Shown here in pieces: positions 42,479 to 52,104 of a stretch of 64,000 nt of DNA. Under the pieces are notes generated by a model, which worked only from the letters and a program-made list of their open reading frames with translations, did no database searches and was not told the DNA's origin. The stretch is from Candidatus Omnitrophica bacterium UBA6249 (GTDB taxonomy: Bacteria > Omnitrophota > Gorgyraeia > Gygaellales > Profunditerraquicolaceae): NCBI GenBank assembly GCA_002441305.1, contig DJVT01000014.1, positions 2,859 to 66,858 of the forward strand. Reading direction: 5' to 3'. The position numbers were made by a program, and so were the translations under genes. Position 1 is the stretch's first letter. Every line of letters begins with the position of its first letter.

Positions 42479-43033
42479 CTAAAGACCGAAATCCGCGAGT
42501 TTAAATATCGGCTCCAGTTTCAAGCCTGCCTTGGCCAGGTTATCGGCAGCGCCTTCGCCGCGGTCCACGATGACGATAGCCGTCTCCGCCTTAACGCCTA
42601 AGGCGTCCAAAGCCGCCTTGGCCTCCAGGATCGCTTTACCGCTGGTCGCCACATCATCCACGAGCACGACCCTCTGTCCCTGTTTCAGCTCCGGGCCTTC
42701 CACCTGCCTTTGCCTCCCATGATCCTTGGCCTGCTTACGCACGATAAAAGTCTTAAGCGCGCGGTTTTGCATGTAACTCAAGGCCGCTACGGCGCCCACA
42801 ATGGGATCCGCCCCGAGCGTAGGGCCGCCCAAGGCGTCAAAACCCCTGCCGTCTACCATGTTGAGGATTATGGAAGCAACCAAATAAGCGCCTTCGGGGG
42901 TCAAGGTGATAACCCTGCCGTCCAGGTAATAATTACTCTCCCTGCCGGAGGAAAGAACGAATTTCCCCCTTTTTAAAGCCTCCCGGTTAAGAAGGCCAAT
43001 CAGTCTTTCTTTGAAGTTCTCTATATCAGGCAT
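42479..43033 (-). CDS. pyrE: orotate phosphoribosyltransferase
   Basis: FVLSSGRESNYYLDGR and the PRPP loop VVLVDDVATSGKAI. I chose the start at the Met at 43033; the track ORF starts at 43069. Confidence 0.9.
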   Translation of the reverse strand: MPDIENFKERLIGLLNREALKRGKFVLSSGRESNYYLDGRVITLTPEGAYLVASIILNMVDGRGFDALGGPTLGADPIVGAVAALSYMQNRALKTFIVRKQAKDHGRQRQVEGPELKQGQRVVLVDDVATSGKAILEAKAALDALGVKAETAIVIVDRGEGAADNLAKAGLKLEPIFKLADFGL

Positions 43034-43109
43034 GTTTTTTATTCTACTATCGCCGCAGGAGCCTGTCAATTACTTTGACAAAGGCGTTTTTCGTTGTTAT
43101 CATATTTCC

Positions 43110-43835
43110 ATGTTACGCGGCGTTCTCCGGGGGATAAAAGACCTGATATACCCTGATTACTGCCTGTCCTGCGGGAATAAGATAATTTCCCGCGCCGGCC
43201 AGGCTCCGCTCTGTCCGGCCTGCAGGTGCAGGATAGAAGAAAATACCCCTCCCCTCTGCGTCTCATGCGGCAGGCAGCTGACGGGGCAGGCTCCGGGAAA
43301 GAACCTTTGCCGGAGCTGTTTGAAGAGGAATTTCAGCTTCGACCGGGCATTCAGCCCCTGCAAATACGAAGGAGTGGTAAAAAAGCTGATCCATGAATTC
43401 AAATATTCCGGCAAGGATTACCTGGGTAAATTCCTCGGGAAGATCCTGAGGGATTTCACCTGCGCGCATCCCCTGCCGGTAGGATACATCGACCTGGTCA
43501 TCCCCGTACCGCTGCATAAAGACAGGTTAAGGGAAAGGGAGTTCAACCAGGCGCATATCTTAAGCGAAAGCGTCGCCGGAGTGTTCGGAAGGAAAACTTC
43601 ATCCGGCATCCTGATGCGCAAAAAACCGACACGCACGCAGACCGAATTGGGCTTCGCACAAAGGCAGAAGAACATAAAGGGCAGTTTCGCCGCGGACGGA
43701 AGCGGGATACTCAAAGGATCCGACGTGCTTCTCGTCGATGACGTCCTGACCACGGGGGCCACGGCGAGCGAGGCGGCGAAAACACTGAAAGAGGCCGGGG
43801 CAAAAAAGGTGTATGTATTGACTCTATCCAGTTAA
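43110..43835 (+). CDS. comF: ComF-family (ComFC/GntX) phosphoribosyltransferase-like protein
   Basis: N-terminal zinc-finger Cys pairs (CLSCGNKI...CPACRC; CVSCG...CRSC) and a C-terminal PRT motif VLLVDDVLTTGAT. I chose the start at 43110, which avoids overlap with pyrE. Confidence 0.8.
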   Translation: MLRGVLRGIKDLIYPDYCLSCGNKIISRAGQAPLCPACRCRIEENTPPLCVSCGRQLTGQAPGKNLCRSCLKRNFSFDRAFSPCKYEGVVKKLIHEFKYSGKDYLGKFLGKILRDFTCAHPLPVGYIDLVIPVPLHKDRLREREFNQAHILSESVAGVFGRKTSSGILMRKKPTRTQTELGFAQRQKNIKGSFAADGSGILKGSDVLLVDDVLTTGATASEAAKTLKEAGAKKVYVLTLSS

Positions 43836-43848
43836 ACTGCTGAACGAC

Positions 43849-44952
43849 ATGAAGATACTCCGTAACTATATATTAAAAGAGTTTTTCTCCCCGTTCCTCA
43901 TGTCCCTGGGGGTGCTTACCTTTGTCATGGTGCTGATCGGCAACCTCAAGCGCATCGCAGACCTGGTAATCAACAAAGGGGTGGATTTCTTCAGCGTGGT
44001 GCAGATATTCATTTACCTCACCCCCTACATAATCACTTATACCGTACCGATATCGGTGCTCATAGCGGTGCTGCTGGCCCTGGGAAGGCTTTCCAGCGAC
44101 AACGAAATAATCGCCATACGCGCAAGCGGGGTGAATTTGTTCAGGCTGATCCTGCCTTTATTGGCGATCGGGATGATCCTGAGCTTCGGGCTGGTAATCT
44201 TCAACGACCAGGCCGCCTCATACGCGCACTTCGCCTACCGCAAGACCCTGAAGGAAATGGGGATCAAAAACCCTACCGCGGCATTCGAAGAAGGCGTATT
44301 CATCGACTCTTTCCAGAAATACATACTCTTCATTTACCATGTCGACCAGAAAAAGAACCGCTTGAACAATATCCGCATATACGAACCGCAGGGCGGAGAC
44401 AAACCCACGCGCACGATCGTGGCCAAGGCGGGGGAGTTTATCAGCATACCGGAGAAGAATATCGTGAAATTAAAACTTATCGACGGCACGAGCGATGAAC
44501 CCGACCCGGAGAACCCGACCAATTTCTACAAGCTCAACTTCCGGACATACTTCATGAACCTGGACATCGGGCAGATGCAGGATAAAGTCGTGGAGAAAAA
44601 ATACAAGGAGATGACTATCCGGGAGCTGAAGGCGGAGGCCAGGAAACTCAAATCTGAAGGCATCAGCCCTGCCCCGCTGATAACGAAAATACACGAAAAA
44701 CTGGCGCTTGCTTTTTCCTGCTTCGTATTCATGCTCCTGGGCTCCTCCCTGGGGATAATCACGCGCAGGAGAGAGAAGTCGATCAATATCGGGATCGCGG
44801 TGCTGGTGATCGTCTGTTATTACCCCCTGCTTATCGGATCGGAGGCCCTGGCTATCGAAGGCTACCTTCCTTCCTCCCTGGCGCTCTGGATACCGAATAT
44901 ACTGTTTACCTGCATAGGATCATACTTAACCTATAAATTATGCGCATCTTAG
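43849..44952 (+). CDS. lptF: LPS export ABC permease, LptF/LptG (YjgP/YjgQ) family
   Basis: 367 aa: MKILRNYILKEFFSPFL N-terminus, six TM segments and a periplasmic beta-jellyroll insert. It is paired with a paralog immediately downstream. Confidence 0.8.
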   Translation: MKILRNYILKEFFSPFLMSLGVLTFVMVLIGNLKRIADLVINKGVDFFSVVQIFIYLTPYIITYTVPISVLIAVLLALGRLSSDNEIIAIRASGVNLFRLILPLLAIGMILSFGLVIFNDQAASYAHFAYRKTLKEMGIKNPTAAFEEGVFIDSFQKYILFIYHVDQKKNRLNNIRIYEPQGGDKPTRTIVAKAGEFISIPEKNIVKLKLIDGTSDEPDPENPTNFYKLNFRTYFMNLDIGQMQDKVVEKKYKEMTIRELKAEARKLKSEGISPAPLITKIHEKLALAFSCFVFMLLGSSLGIITRRREKSINIGIAVLVIVCYYPLLIGSEALAIEGYLPSSLALWIPNILFTCIGSYLTYKLCAS

Positions 44953-46040
44953 ACCGCTACATACTGAAATCGGTTGTTTTCATATTCATATCCTGCATCT
45001 TCAGCTTTCTCTTTCTTTATATAACCATAGACGTGCTCTCGAATCTGGACGAGATATTGAAGCACCGCGCAACCCTTACGCTCATGGTGCAGTATTACCT
45101 TTCCTACCTGCCGGTGATGTTCGTGCAGGTATCGCCGTTTGCCTGCCTGCTCAGCACGGTGTATACATTCAGCAAACTTAATCATAACAACGAGATAATC
45201 GCCATGCGCTCAAGCGGCATGAGTATCCTGAGGATCGCCAAAGGCGTGCTCTTATTCGGGCTGCTGATCAGCCTCCTGGTATTCTGGGTGAATAACAGTT
45301 TTGTCCCTTCCGCCCTGACCGAGAACAGGAGGATCAAGGCCCAGATAGAGGAAGGCGCCAGCCCGAACAGGGCAAAAAAACCGAAATTGATCATAAACCT
45401 TTCCATGTACGGTTCGAGGAACCGCTTGTTTTTCATCAACAGGTTTTTCGTGGACACAAAGACCATGGAGGGGATAACCATACTGGAACACGACGAGAAC
45501 CAGAACCTCACCAAGAAGATCGTGGCGGATAAAGGGGTTTACACGGATGGATTGTGGAAGTTCTCGCAATGCATAACCTACAAATTCGACCACAACGGGC
45601 AGGTAATAGACGAACCTTCTTATTTCGAAGAAGAGATAATGGCGATCCCGGAGACTCCCAAGGACTTCGCCAGCTTAGGCCAAAAACCGGAATTGATGGA
45701 CATACACCAGCTGCAGGATTACATCTGGAGGGTATCCAAGAGCGGGGCCACCACGGTGATCAGGAATCTGAAAGTCGATCTTTACCAGCGTTTCACTTCC
45801 CCGTTCACCAGCCTGATCATTATACTCTTGGGCATACCCTTCTCGCTCATAACGCATAAGAGGGCCAGCGGGATGGCATCGATAGGCATATCCATAATCG
45901 TAGGTTTCCTTTATTACATACTGGACGCGGTATGCCTGGCCATAGGGAAATCCGGGCTGCTTATGCCATCCATGGCGGCTTCGATGAGCCACCTGACCGC
46001 CCTCTCTTTAAGCCTTTATCTTATCTCGAAACTGCCTTGA
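44940..46040 (+). CDS. lptG: LPS export ABC permease, LptF/LptG family
   Basis: 366 aa: MRILDRYILKSVVFIF... It overlaps lptF by 13 nt. Confidence 0.8.
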   Translation: MRILDRYILKSVVFIFISCIFSFLFLYITIDVLSNLDEILKHRATLTLMVQYYLSYLPVMFVQVSPFACLLSTVYTFSKLNHNNEIIAMRSSGMSILRIAKGVLLFGLLISLLVFWVNNSFVPSALTENRRIKAQIEEGASPNRAKKPKLIINLSMYGSRNRLFFINRFFVDTKTMEGITILEHDENQNLTKKIVADKGVYTDGLWKFSQCITYKFDHNGQVIDEPSYFEEEIMAIPETPKDFASLGQKPELMDIHQLQDYIWRVSKSGATTVIRNLKVDLYQRFTSPFTSLIIILLGIPFSLITHKRASGMASIGISIIVGFLYYILDAVCLAIGKSGLLMPSMAASMSHLTALSLSLYLISKLP

Positions 46041-46044
46041 TTTT

Positions 46045-47175
46045 TCAGGAAGAAATATAGACGCGCGGGATGCGGCTTCCCAGGCCGCAGACTATCTCAT
46101 AAGGGATCGTACCGGAAAGTTTGGCGAGCTCCTCGGCGCTTACGCTTTGCCTGCCCTGTCTGCCGATCAAAACCACCTCATCCTCGAGCTTCGGCCGGAA
46201 ATTACCCGTATCGACCATAATCTGGTCCATGCATACCCTTCCGCTGACATGAAACCTCCTGCCCCCGATGAGCAAAGGGGCAAGATTAGACAGGTTCCGC
46301 CCGTACCCGTCGCCGTAGCCGATAGGCAGGGTAGCGACGTAAGCCGGGCGCTCGGTCACATAGGCGTGCCCGTAACTTATACCGAAACCGGCGGCGACCT
46401 GCTTAACGAATATCACGCGCGTCTTCAGGCTCAATACCGGCTTCAGCTTAATCCTCATCCCCTTCTTGGGGTAAAGCCCGTAGATGACCAGGCCCGGCCT
46501 TACCATATTGAAATGGCTGTTCCTGTAATCGATCAGGCCCACGCTGTTTGCCGCGTGCACGACGGGGACAGCTATGCCGTTCCTGCGCAGGTCATCGACC
46601 AGCGCGCAGAATAAATCGATCTGCGATAAAGTAAATTTCCTGTCCTCGTCCGCGAAAGGGAAATGGGTAAAAACTCCTTCCACGAAAACGGAGCTTAGCC
46701 CGCTGATCCTCTTGACCAGCCGGAAGGCATCCTTATGCGCCACGCCTATCCTGCCCATCCCGGTATCCACTTTTACGTGCAGGCAGAGGCGCCTTTTCAG
46801 GGCGGCGGCCTTTTTATCCAGGGCGGCGGCAAGATCATAATCGCATACAGTGGGCGTAAGGTTAAAGGTAAAAAGCGAACGGATATCCCTTTTCAGAACA
46901 AGGCCCAGCACCAGTATAGGATTTTTCAGGCGGGCCTTTCTTAATTTTATCCCCTCGTCTATGGAGGCTACCCCGAAATAATCCACTCCGGCAGCAGACA
47001 GTCTTTTCGACACGGGCACGATACCATGGCCGTAAGCGTCTGCCTTTACGGTAACCAAAACCCTGGTCTCCCGGCGCAGGCGTGATTTGACCTGTAAAAG
47101 ATTATGCTCCAGATTATCGAGGTTTACCTCCGCCCAGGTGGGCCGGTAACCTATAGGGTGCGTTTTATTTGGCAT
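46045..47175 (-). CDS. alr: alanine racemase
   Basis: PLP-lysine motif VTVKADAYGHG, with family blocks RPGLVIYG and GYGDGY. Confidence 0.9.
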   Translation of the reverse strand: MPNKTHPIGYRPTWAEVNLDNLEHNLLQVKSRLRRETRVLVTVKADAYGHGIVPVSKRLSAAGVDYFGVASIDEGIKLRKARLKNPILVLGLVLKRDIRSLFTFNLTPTVCDYDLAAALDKKAAALKRRLCLHVKVDTGMGRIGVAHKDAFRLVKRISGLSSVFVEGVFTHFPFADEDRKFTLSQIDLFCALVDDLRRNGIAVPVVHAANSVGLIDYRNSHFNMVRPGLVIYGLYPKKGMRIKLKPVLSLKTRVIFVKQVAAGFGISYGHAYVTERPAYVATLPIGYGDGYGRNLSNLAPLLIGGRRFHVSGRVCMDQIMVDTGNFRPKLEDEVVLIGRQGRQSVSAEELAKLSGTIPYEIVCGLGSRIPRVYISS

Positions 47176-47825
47176 TCTTTAGGGTAAAGATATATCGGTT
47201 TTATCTTTTCCGGTTTTTCCGTCTCGCCGCGGCGTATCTTCGCGAGGGCAAGTTTCATAAGCCCGGACGTGGAAGGAAACCAGTAATCCTTATCGAGAAA
47301 CGTCACGCCTTTCATGCGCAAAGACAGCTCCTGCCTGTAGCTCTCCAGCGCATCCCCCAGGACGGCCGAGCCGGAAAAATTCCGCGCAAACTCTCCGATA
47401 CTCAGGAGAGAATACCTGCCCAGGCGTTTTAAAACCCCCCTCCGGCGGACGTAGGAAGCGCAATAAACGAGCCCCCGCTTGGCGTCCACCGCCGGCACGA
47501 TACGGGAATACTCTTCCGGCGCTCCTTCGGCCAGGATATCAAGAGTAGATACCCCCGCAACCGGCCTTCCCAGCCCAACGCTCAGGCCTTTTATCGCCGC
47601 CAGGCCTATGCGCATACCGGTGAATGAACCCGGGCCAAGCCCGCAGGCAAAATAATCCATATCGGAGGCCTCCAGGCCCGAGGCAGACAGCACCCTCTGT
47701 ATGGCCGGGACCAGGAGCGAAGAAAGCTTTCTCCCCGTCTCCAGGCGGTACTCATAAAACTTTCCCCCGTCATAAAGCCCGAGGCATAAAAATCTTGTGG
47801 TAGTGTCAATTCCTAATATCTTCAT
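47151..47825 (-). CDS. tsaB: tRNA t6A37 biosynthesis protein TsaB
   Basis: MKILGIDTTTRFLCLGL..., GPGSFTGMRIG. I chose the start at 47825; the track ORF extends to 47903. Confidence 0.85.
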   Translation of the reverse strand: MKILGIDTTTRFLCLGLYDGGKFYEYRLETGRKLSSLLVPAIQRVLSASGLEASDMDYFACGLGPGSFTGMRIGLAAIKGLSVGLGRPVAGVSTLDILAEGAPEEYSRIVPAVDAKRGLVYCASYVRRRGVLKRLGRYSLLSIGEFARNFSGSAVLGDALESYRQELSLRMKGVTFLDKDYWFPSTSGLMKLALAKIRRGETEKPEKIKPIYLYPKECQIKRTL

Positions 47826-48276
47826 AAAACCCCTTAAGCAGTTCTTTATATCTCTTCCCTTTCGCCTCAAAGATGATCTGGCGCCTGTTCTTATCCCCGG
47901 CAATCAGCTTAATCTTCAGGTATTCTTTTGGCAAGAGGAATTTCAGCCTCTCCGGCCACTCGATCAATGTCGCCGCTTCGGAATAAAAATACTCTTCGTA
48001 CCCCAAAGCGAATATCTCTTCCGGGCCTGCGATGCGGTAAAAATCGAAGTGGTTCAACCCGATCCTTCCTTCATAGACGCGCAGTAATACGAAAGTCGGG
48101 CTGATCACCCCATTGCTGTCGATACCGAGGCCTGAAGCTATGCCTTTGGCGACCACGGTCTTGCCGGCTCCCAACTGGCCGGAGAGAAGGATGATCTCCC
48201 CTCCGCGCATTCTCCGGGCAAGAGACTTGCCTATAGCTGACGTATGTTTTGCAGATAAAGATAATATTTTCATCAA
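47806..48276 (-). CDS. tsaE: tRNA t6A37 biosynthesis ATPase TsaE
   Basis: Walker A GQLGAGKTVVAKG, SPTFVL and HFDFYR motifs. Confidence 0.85.
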   Translation of the reverse strand: MMKILSLSAKHTSAIGKSLARRMRGGEIILLSGQLGAGKTVVAKGIASGLGIDSNGVISPTFVLLRVYEGRIGLNHFDFYRIAGPEEIFALGYEEYFYSEAATLIEWPERLKFLLPKEYLKIKLIAGDKNRRQIIFEAKGKRYKELLKGFYEDIRN

Positions 48277-49169
48277 AAATGCCTGAAGCCGGTAAATTTA
48301 CGTTTAGAATATGCATTCTTCCGGTTTATCGACCGCAGGCCGAAAGAAGCCGGCATAATCTCGCCTATCACGCTGAAATTATATCTCGCACAAGCGGCAA
48401 TTCTTGAGGCCTGATCACGCGGGACGGTAAAGAGAAGCTCAAACTCCTCCCCGGAACAAAGCGCCTCTTCCACGCTTTTTTCCTTGGGGCTCAACGGGAT
48501 GAGAGACTCATACAATACGGCTCCGGCGCGGCTCATTTCAAGAATATGCCCCAGGTCCTGCATCAGGCCGTCTGAGACGTCGATCATGGAGTTCACTTTG
48601 AAATTCTCCGTCAGAAAACGCGCCTCTTCCAGCCGGGGGGAAAACTTAAGATGTTTCCCTTTGATCGACCCTCCGAAACTTCCGGTCACCATGACGATAT
48701 CGCCTGTCTTCGCCCCGCTGCGCAGGCACAGCCTGTCCTTCTCCACTTCCCCCAGCAGGCTTACGTCTATCACCAGCCTGGGCGAAGCGCTGATATCCCC
48801 TCCTACGATATTGATCCCGTATTTTCCCGCCAGCCCGAAGACCCCCTGCGCCAAAAGATCCGCCTTTTTAAGAGTAAACGACCGGGGCAGGCCGATAGAC
48901 ACAACCGCATGCCTGGGGATCCCCCCGCAGGCGGCGATATCGCTTATGGAAACCGCCAGGGCCTTCCTCCCCACAAGTTGCGGGCTGTCCTTTAATGTGA
49001 AGTCCACCCCTTCCACGATCATGTCGCAGGTAAACAGCTGGTAGCGTTTTTTATCCAGCTTCAGCACTGCGCAATCATCCCCGCTGCCCATGAAAACCGA
49101 GGAATCGGTCCTTGCTTTCCTGCGGAATCTTTCGATCAAGCCGAATTCGCCTGTTTTTTCAAGACTCAT
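48273..49169 (-). CDS. thiL: thiamine-monophosphate kinase
   Basis: GEFGLIERF...GDDCAVL N-terminus and an AIR-synthase-like fold (DISDGL). Confidence 0.85.
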   Translation of the reverse strand: MSLEKTGEFGLIERFRRKARTDSSVFMGSGDDCAVLKLDKKRYQLFTCDMIVEGVDFTLKDSPQLVGRKALAVSISDIAACGGIPRHAVVSIGLPRSFTLKKADLLAQGVFGLAGKYGINIVGGDISASPRLVIDVSLLGEVEKDRLCLRSGAKTGDIVMVTGSFGGSIKGKHLKFSPRLEEARFLTENFKVNSMIDVSDGLMQDLGHILEMSRAGAVLYESLIPLSPKEKSVEEALCSGEEFELLFTVPRDQASRIAACARYNFSVIGEIMPASFGLRSINRKNAYSKRKFTGFRHF

Positions 49170-50208
49170 CCATCCTCCCGAGTATTCTCCTGATATTCCT
49201 GGAATAAGGCGGCCGGATGACCCCGTGATCAGTAATGATCGCGCTGATAAGCTCGCAGCCTGTCACATCGAAAGCGGGATTCAAGACTTTGCATGAACGC
49301 GGGGCAGTCTCTCTTTTAAAAAGAATATTGCTTACCTCATCGCTGCCGCGCATCTCTATATTGATGCCCCGGCCGTCCCGTATCTTGAAATCAAAAGTTT
49401 TCTTCGGGGCGGCGACATAAAAAGGTATGCGGTGATGCCTGCAAAGGAGCGCCAGGTTTAAAGTGCCTATCTTGTTGGCGGTATCCCCGTTCAAGGCGAT
49501 ACGGTCCGCCCCGGTAATCACGCAATCCACTTTCCCCGCGGACATCAGCGAAGCGGCGGTATTATCTGCGATCAAGGTCACATCCACCCCCGCCCTGATA
49601 AGCTCCCAGCAGGTAAGCCGGCTTCCCTGGAGCAGCGGCCTGGTTTCGCAGGCAAAAACTTTTATCTTCTTCCCCGCAGAACAAGCGGCATAAACCACGC
49701 CCAGGGCGGTCCCGTAATCGACGGTAGCAAGCGATCCGGCATTACAGATAGTGAGCACGGAAGCTCCCGTCTTAAGGAGCCCTTTACCGTAGCTCCCGAT
49801 CCTGCGGCACGACCGGGCATCCTCCAGGATCATCTTTTCAGCTTCCTTCAATACGGCCTTTTTTGCCGCATCGACCTGCCTGCGTTTTCCCCTGCCGGTT
49901 GAATTAAGAATACGTTCTATTCCATAAAAAAGGTCTCTGGCGGTAGGGCGGGAACTTTTTATATACCCGGCAGTTTTATCGAGGGCGCGCAGGAAATTTT
50001 CCCAGTCGCCTTCCGGGCAATTCCTTATCCCCAGGTACATGCCAAGCGCCGCGGCGATCCCAAGAGCGGGAGCCCCGCGCACCCGCATCATCCTCACGGA
50101 CTCCCAAAGGGTTTTCAGGTCGCCGATATCCCGGAAGACAAGGGAGCCGGGAAGCCTGGTCTGGTCGATTATCCTGATTTTATCGGCTTTCCATTCTATT
50201 GTACGCAT
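49159..50208 (-). CDS. mtnA: S-methyl-5-thioribose-1-phosphate isomerase (eIF-2B alpha/beta/delta-like family)
   Basis: IIDQTRLP, RGAPALGIAAA, CNAGSLATVDYGTALGV and GADRIALNGDTANKIGT. Confidence 0.8.
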   Translation of the reverse strand: MRTIEWKADKIRIIDQTRLPGSLVFRDIGDLKTLWESVRMMRVRGAPALGIAAALGMYLGIRNCPEGDWENFLRALDKTAGYIKSSRPTARDLFYGIERILNSTGRGKRRQVDAAKKAVLKEAEKMILEDARSCRRIGSYGKGLLKTGASVLTICNAGSLATVDYGTALGVVYAACSAGKKIKVFACETRPLLQGSRLTCWELIRAGVDVTLIADNTAASLMSAGKVDCVITGADRIALNGDTANKIGTLNLALLCRHHRIPFYVAAPKKTFDFKIRDGRGINIEMRGSDEVSNILFKRETAPRSCKVLNPAFDVTGCELISAIITDHGVIRPPYSRNIRRILGRMDES

Positions 50209-50217
50209 AATTCCAAC

Positions 50218-51336
50218 TCACAACCCTATGACTTTTGCCAGGAAACTCCTCTTCAGCCCTATAGCGGCGGAAGGGCAGGATTCCTGGCAGCAAAAACAAG
50301 CGATACACTTGCGGTAATCGAATACCGGCCCGCGCTTGCCTAAATTGATGCATTTTTCAGGGCAGATATTCACGCAATGACCGCAGAGCACGCATTTCCC
50401 GGGCAGGGAATAAGGGTAATATTTTACCAGGGATTTAGCCAGCGTCTCGATAACCCCGGGAAGCTGCACGGCCTTCGAAGACTGCGGCAGGACAAAAGGG
50501 GCTATGCCAAGGTTGAAAACATCCTCTCCTTTTATCTCTATCCTGCTCAAATCCCCCTCGCCTAATCCGCGCCGGACGGCCTCATTGATGGAAAGCACCT
50601 TGCCGGGAAGAATCCCCATTACCCCGGCAACCACCGCATCCAAAGCCGTGCAGTCGCTGCCCGCGAAAAGCAGCCCGAGCTTGCGCGGCCGGCCGCTCGT
50701 CCCCGGGCCGTCCCCTTCCATGGCCAGCACGCCATCGGCGATAGTCAAAACCGGTTTTGCCTCCTGGTATATATCCACAAGCACCTTCACGAATTCGGAA
50801 GGCTTGAAATAATTTTTGTGCAGTTCGGTCTTGTAAGTCCCCGAAACCAGCCCGAAGAGATTCTTTACCGCGCAGGTCATCAGGGTAAGCCCGTGGGTCT
50901 TAACCTTGGGCAGGTTTACCAGGCAGTCGCATTCATCCAGCCATACGGTAAGCGGGAATTTATCGCGCATGCGGCGCTTGTCAAAATTAACCAGCTCTAC
51001 GCCCTCTTCAAGAGCAACCTTCTTGATGCCGGTAGCTTCATATACCTCGTCGACATTCTCTATATATTTGCCCCAGACGCTCGGCCCGTCTCCCAGGACC
51101 ACCCGGCAGCCGATATCCTTAAGCAGGCGTATTACCGACCTGACTACCTGGGGGTGTGTGGTTATCGCCTGCTCCGGCGGCGTGGACATCAGGAGGTTGG
51201 GTTTTACCAGCACGCGCGATCCGGGTTTAACAAAGAGCTTGATGCCTCCGAGGAGGTCTAAAGCTTCCCTTACGCAACGACCCACGGTATCGGGGTCGTA
51301 ACTGCCGCATTTTACCGCAGAAATCTGCGCGCTCAT
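50218..51336 (-). CDS. DUF362 domain protein with C-terminal 2x[4Fe-4S] ferredoxin domain
   Basis: VLVKPNLL and KTHGLT blocks typical of DUF362. The C-terminal motifs are CVLCGHCVNICP and CIACFCCQESCP. Confidence 0.7.
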   Translation of the reverse strand: MSAQISAVKCGSYDPDTVGRCVREALDLLGGIKLFVKPGSRVLVKPNLLMSTPPEQAITTHPQVVRSVIRLLKDIGCRVVLGDGPSVWGKYIENVDEVYEATGIKKVALEEGVELVNFDKRRMRDKFPLTVWLDECDCLVNLPKVKTHGLTLMTCAVKNLFGLVSGTYKTELHKNYFKPSEFVKVLVDIYQEAKPVLTIADGVLAMEGDGPGTSGRPRKLGLLFAGSDCTALDAVVAGVMGILPGKVLSINEAVRRGLGEGDLSRIEIKGEDVFNLGIAPFVLPQSSKAVQLPGVIETLAKSLVKYYPYSLPGKCVLCGHCVNICPEKCINLGKRGPVFDYRKCIACFCCQESCPSAAIGLKRSFLAKVIGL

Positions 51337-52094
51337 TTCAAACCAAAGAAATTTTTCGCGTTCTCCGTAGTCCTGTCCGCGATCTCGGAAAAACCCAATC
51401 CCTTTATAGCTCCTACCGCTTCGGCAAGCAGTTTCACCTGCATCGGCTCGTTACGCCTGCCCCGGAACCCTTCGGGGGAAAGGTAGGGCGCGTCCGTTTC
51501 AAGCATCATCCTCTCAAGCGGAGCGAACCTGACCATTTCCCTGAGCCCTTCCGCTTTTTTATAAGTTATATTGCAGGTGAAAGAAATAAAAAACCCCAGG
51601 TCCAGGCAGCCCTCCAGAAAAACCCTGTCTCCGGAAAAACAGTGTATCACCGCCTTGAGCGGCATGGAAGATTTCAACACCTCCAGCACCTGCGCGTCCG
51701 CCTGCCGGCTGTGCACCACCAGCGGCAAACCCAGCTCCTTGGCCAGGTTTATCTGTATATCGAAAGCGCGCAGCTGATTCTCCGCGCAGGAGAGATTGCG
51801 GTAGTAATCCAGCCCGGTTTCCCCGATGGCCACCACCTTGCCGCCCTTAGCCATTTCCCTGAGCTTTAATCCGGCCTCCCCGTCGAAACTGTCCGCCTCA
51901 TGGGGATGCACCCCGACGCCGGCGTACACAACGTCGTATTTTGCAGCCAAAGCGCACGCCCTGGCCGAAGAATCGAGAGTCGCGCCTATGTTCAACAGGC
52001 AGCCTACCCCCGATTCCTTTGCGCGCAGGATCACATCCTGCCGGTCGGGATCGAACTGTTCAAAATCAAGATGGCAATGGGTATCTATTAACAT
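51333..52094 (-). CDS. tatD: TatD-family metal-dependent hydrolase
   Basis: MLIDTHCHLDFEQF, GVHPH, IGETGLDY, HSR and ETDAPYL. Confidence 0.85.
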   Translation of the reverse strand: MLIDTHCHLDFEQFDPDRQDVILRAKESGVGCLLNIGATLDSSARACALAAKYDVVYAGVGVHPHEADSFDGEAGLKLREMAKGGKVVAIGETGLDYYRNLSCAENQLRAFDIQINLAKELGLPLVVHSRQADAQVLEVLKSSMPLKAVIHCFSGDRVFLEGCLDLGFFISFTCNITYKKAEGLREMVRFAPLERMMLETDAPYLSPEGFRGRRNEPMQVKLLAEAVGAIKGLGFSEIADRTTENAKNFFGLK

Positions 52095-52104
52095 CGGTAT
52101 GGAT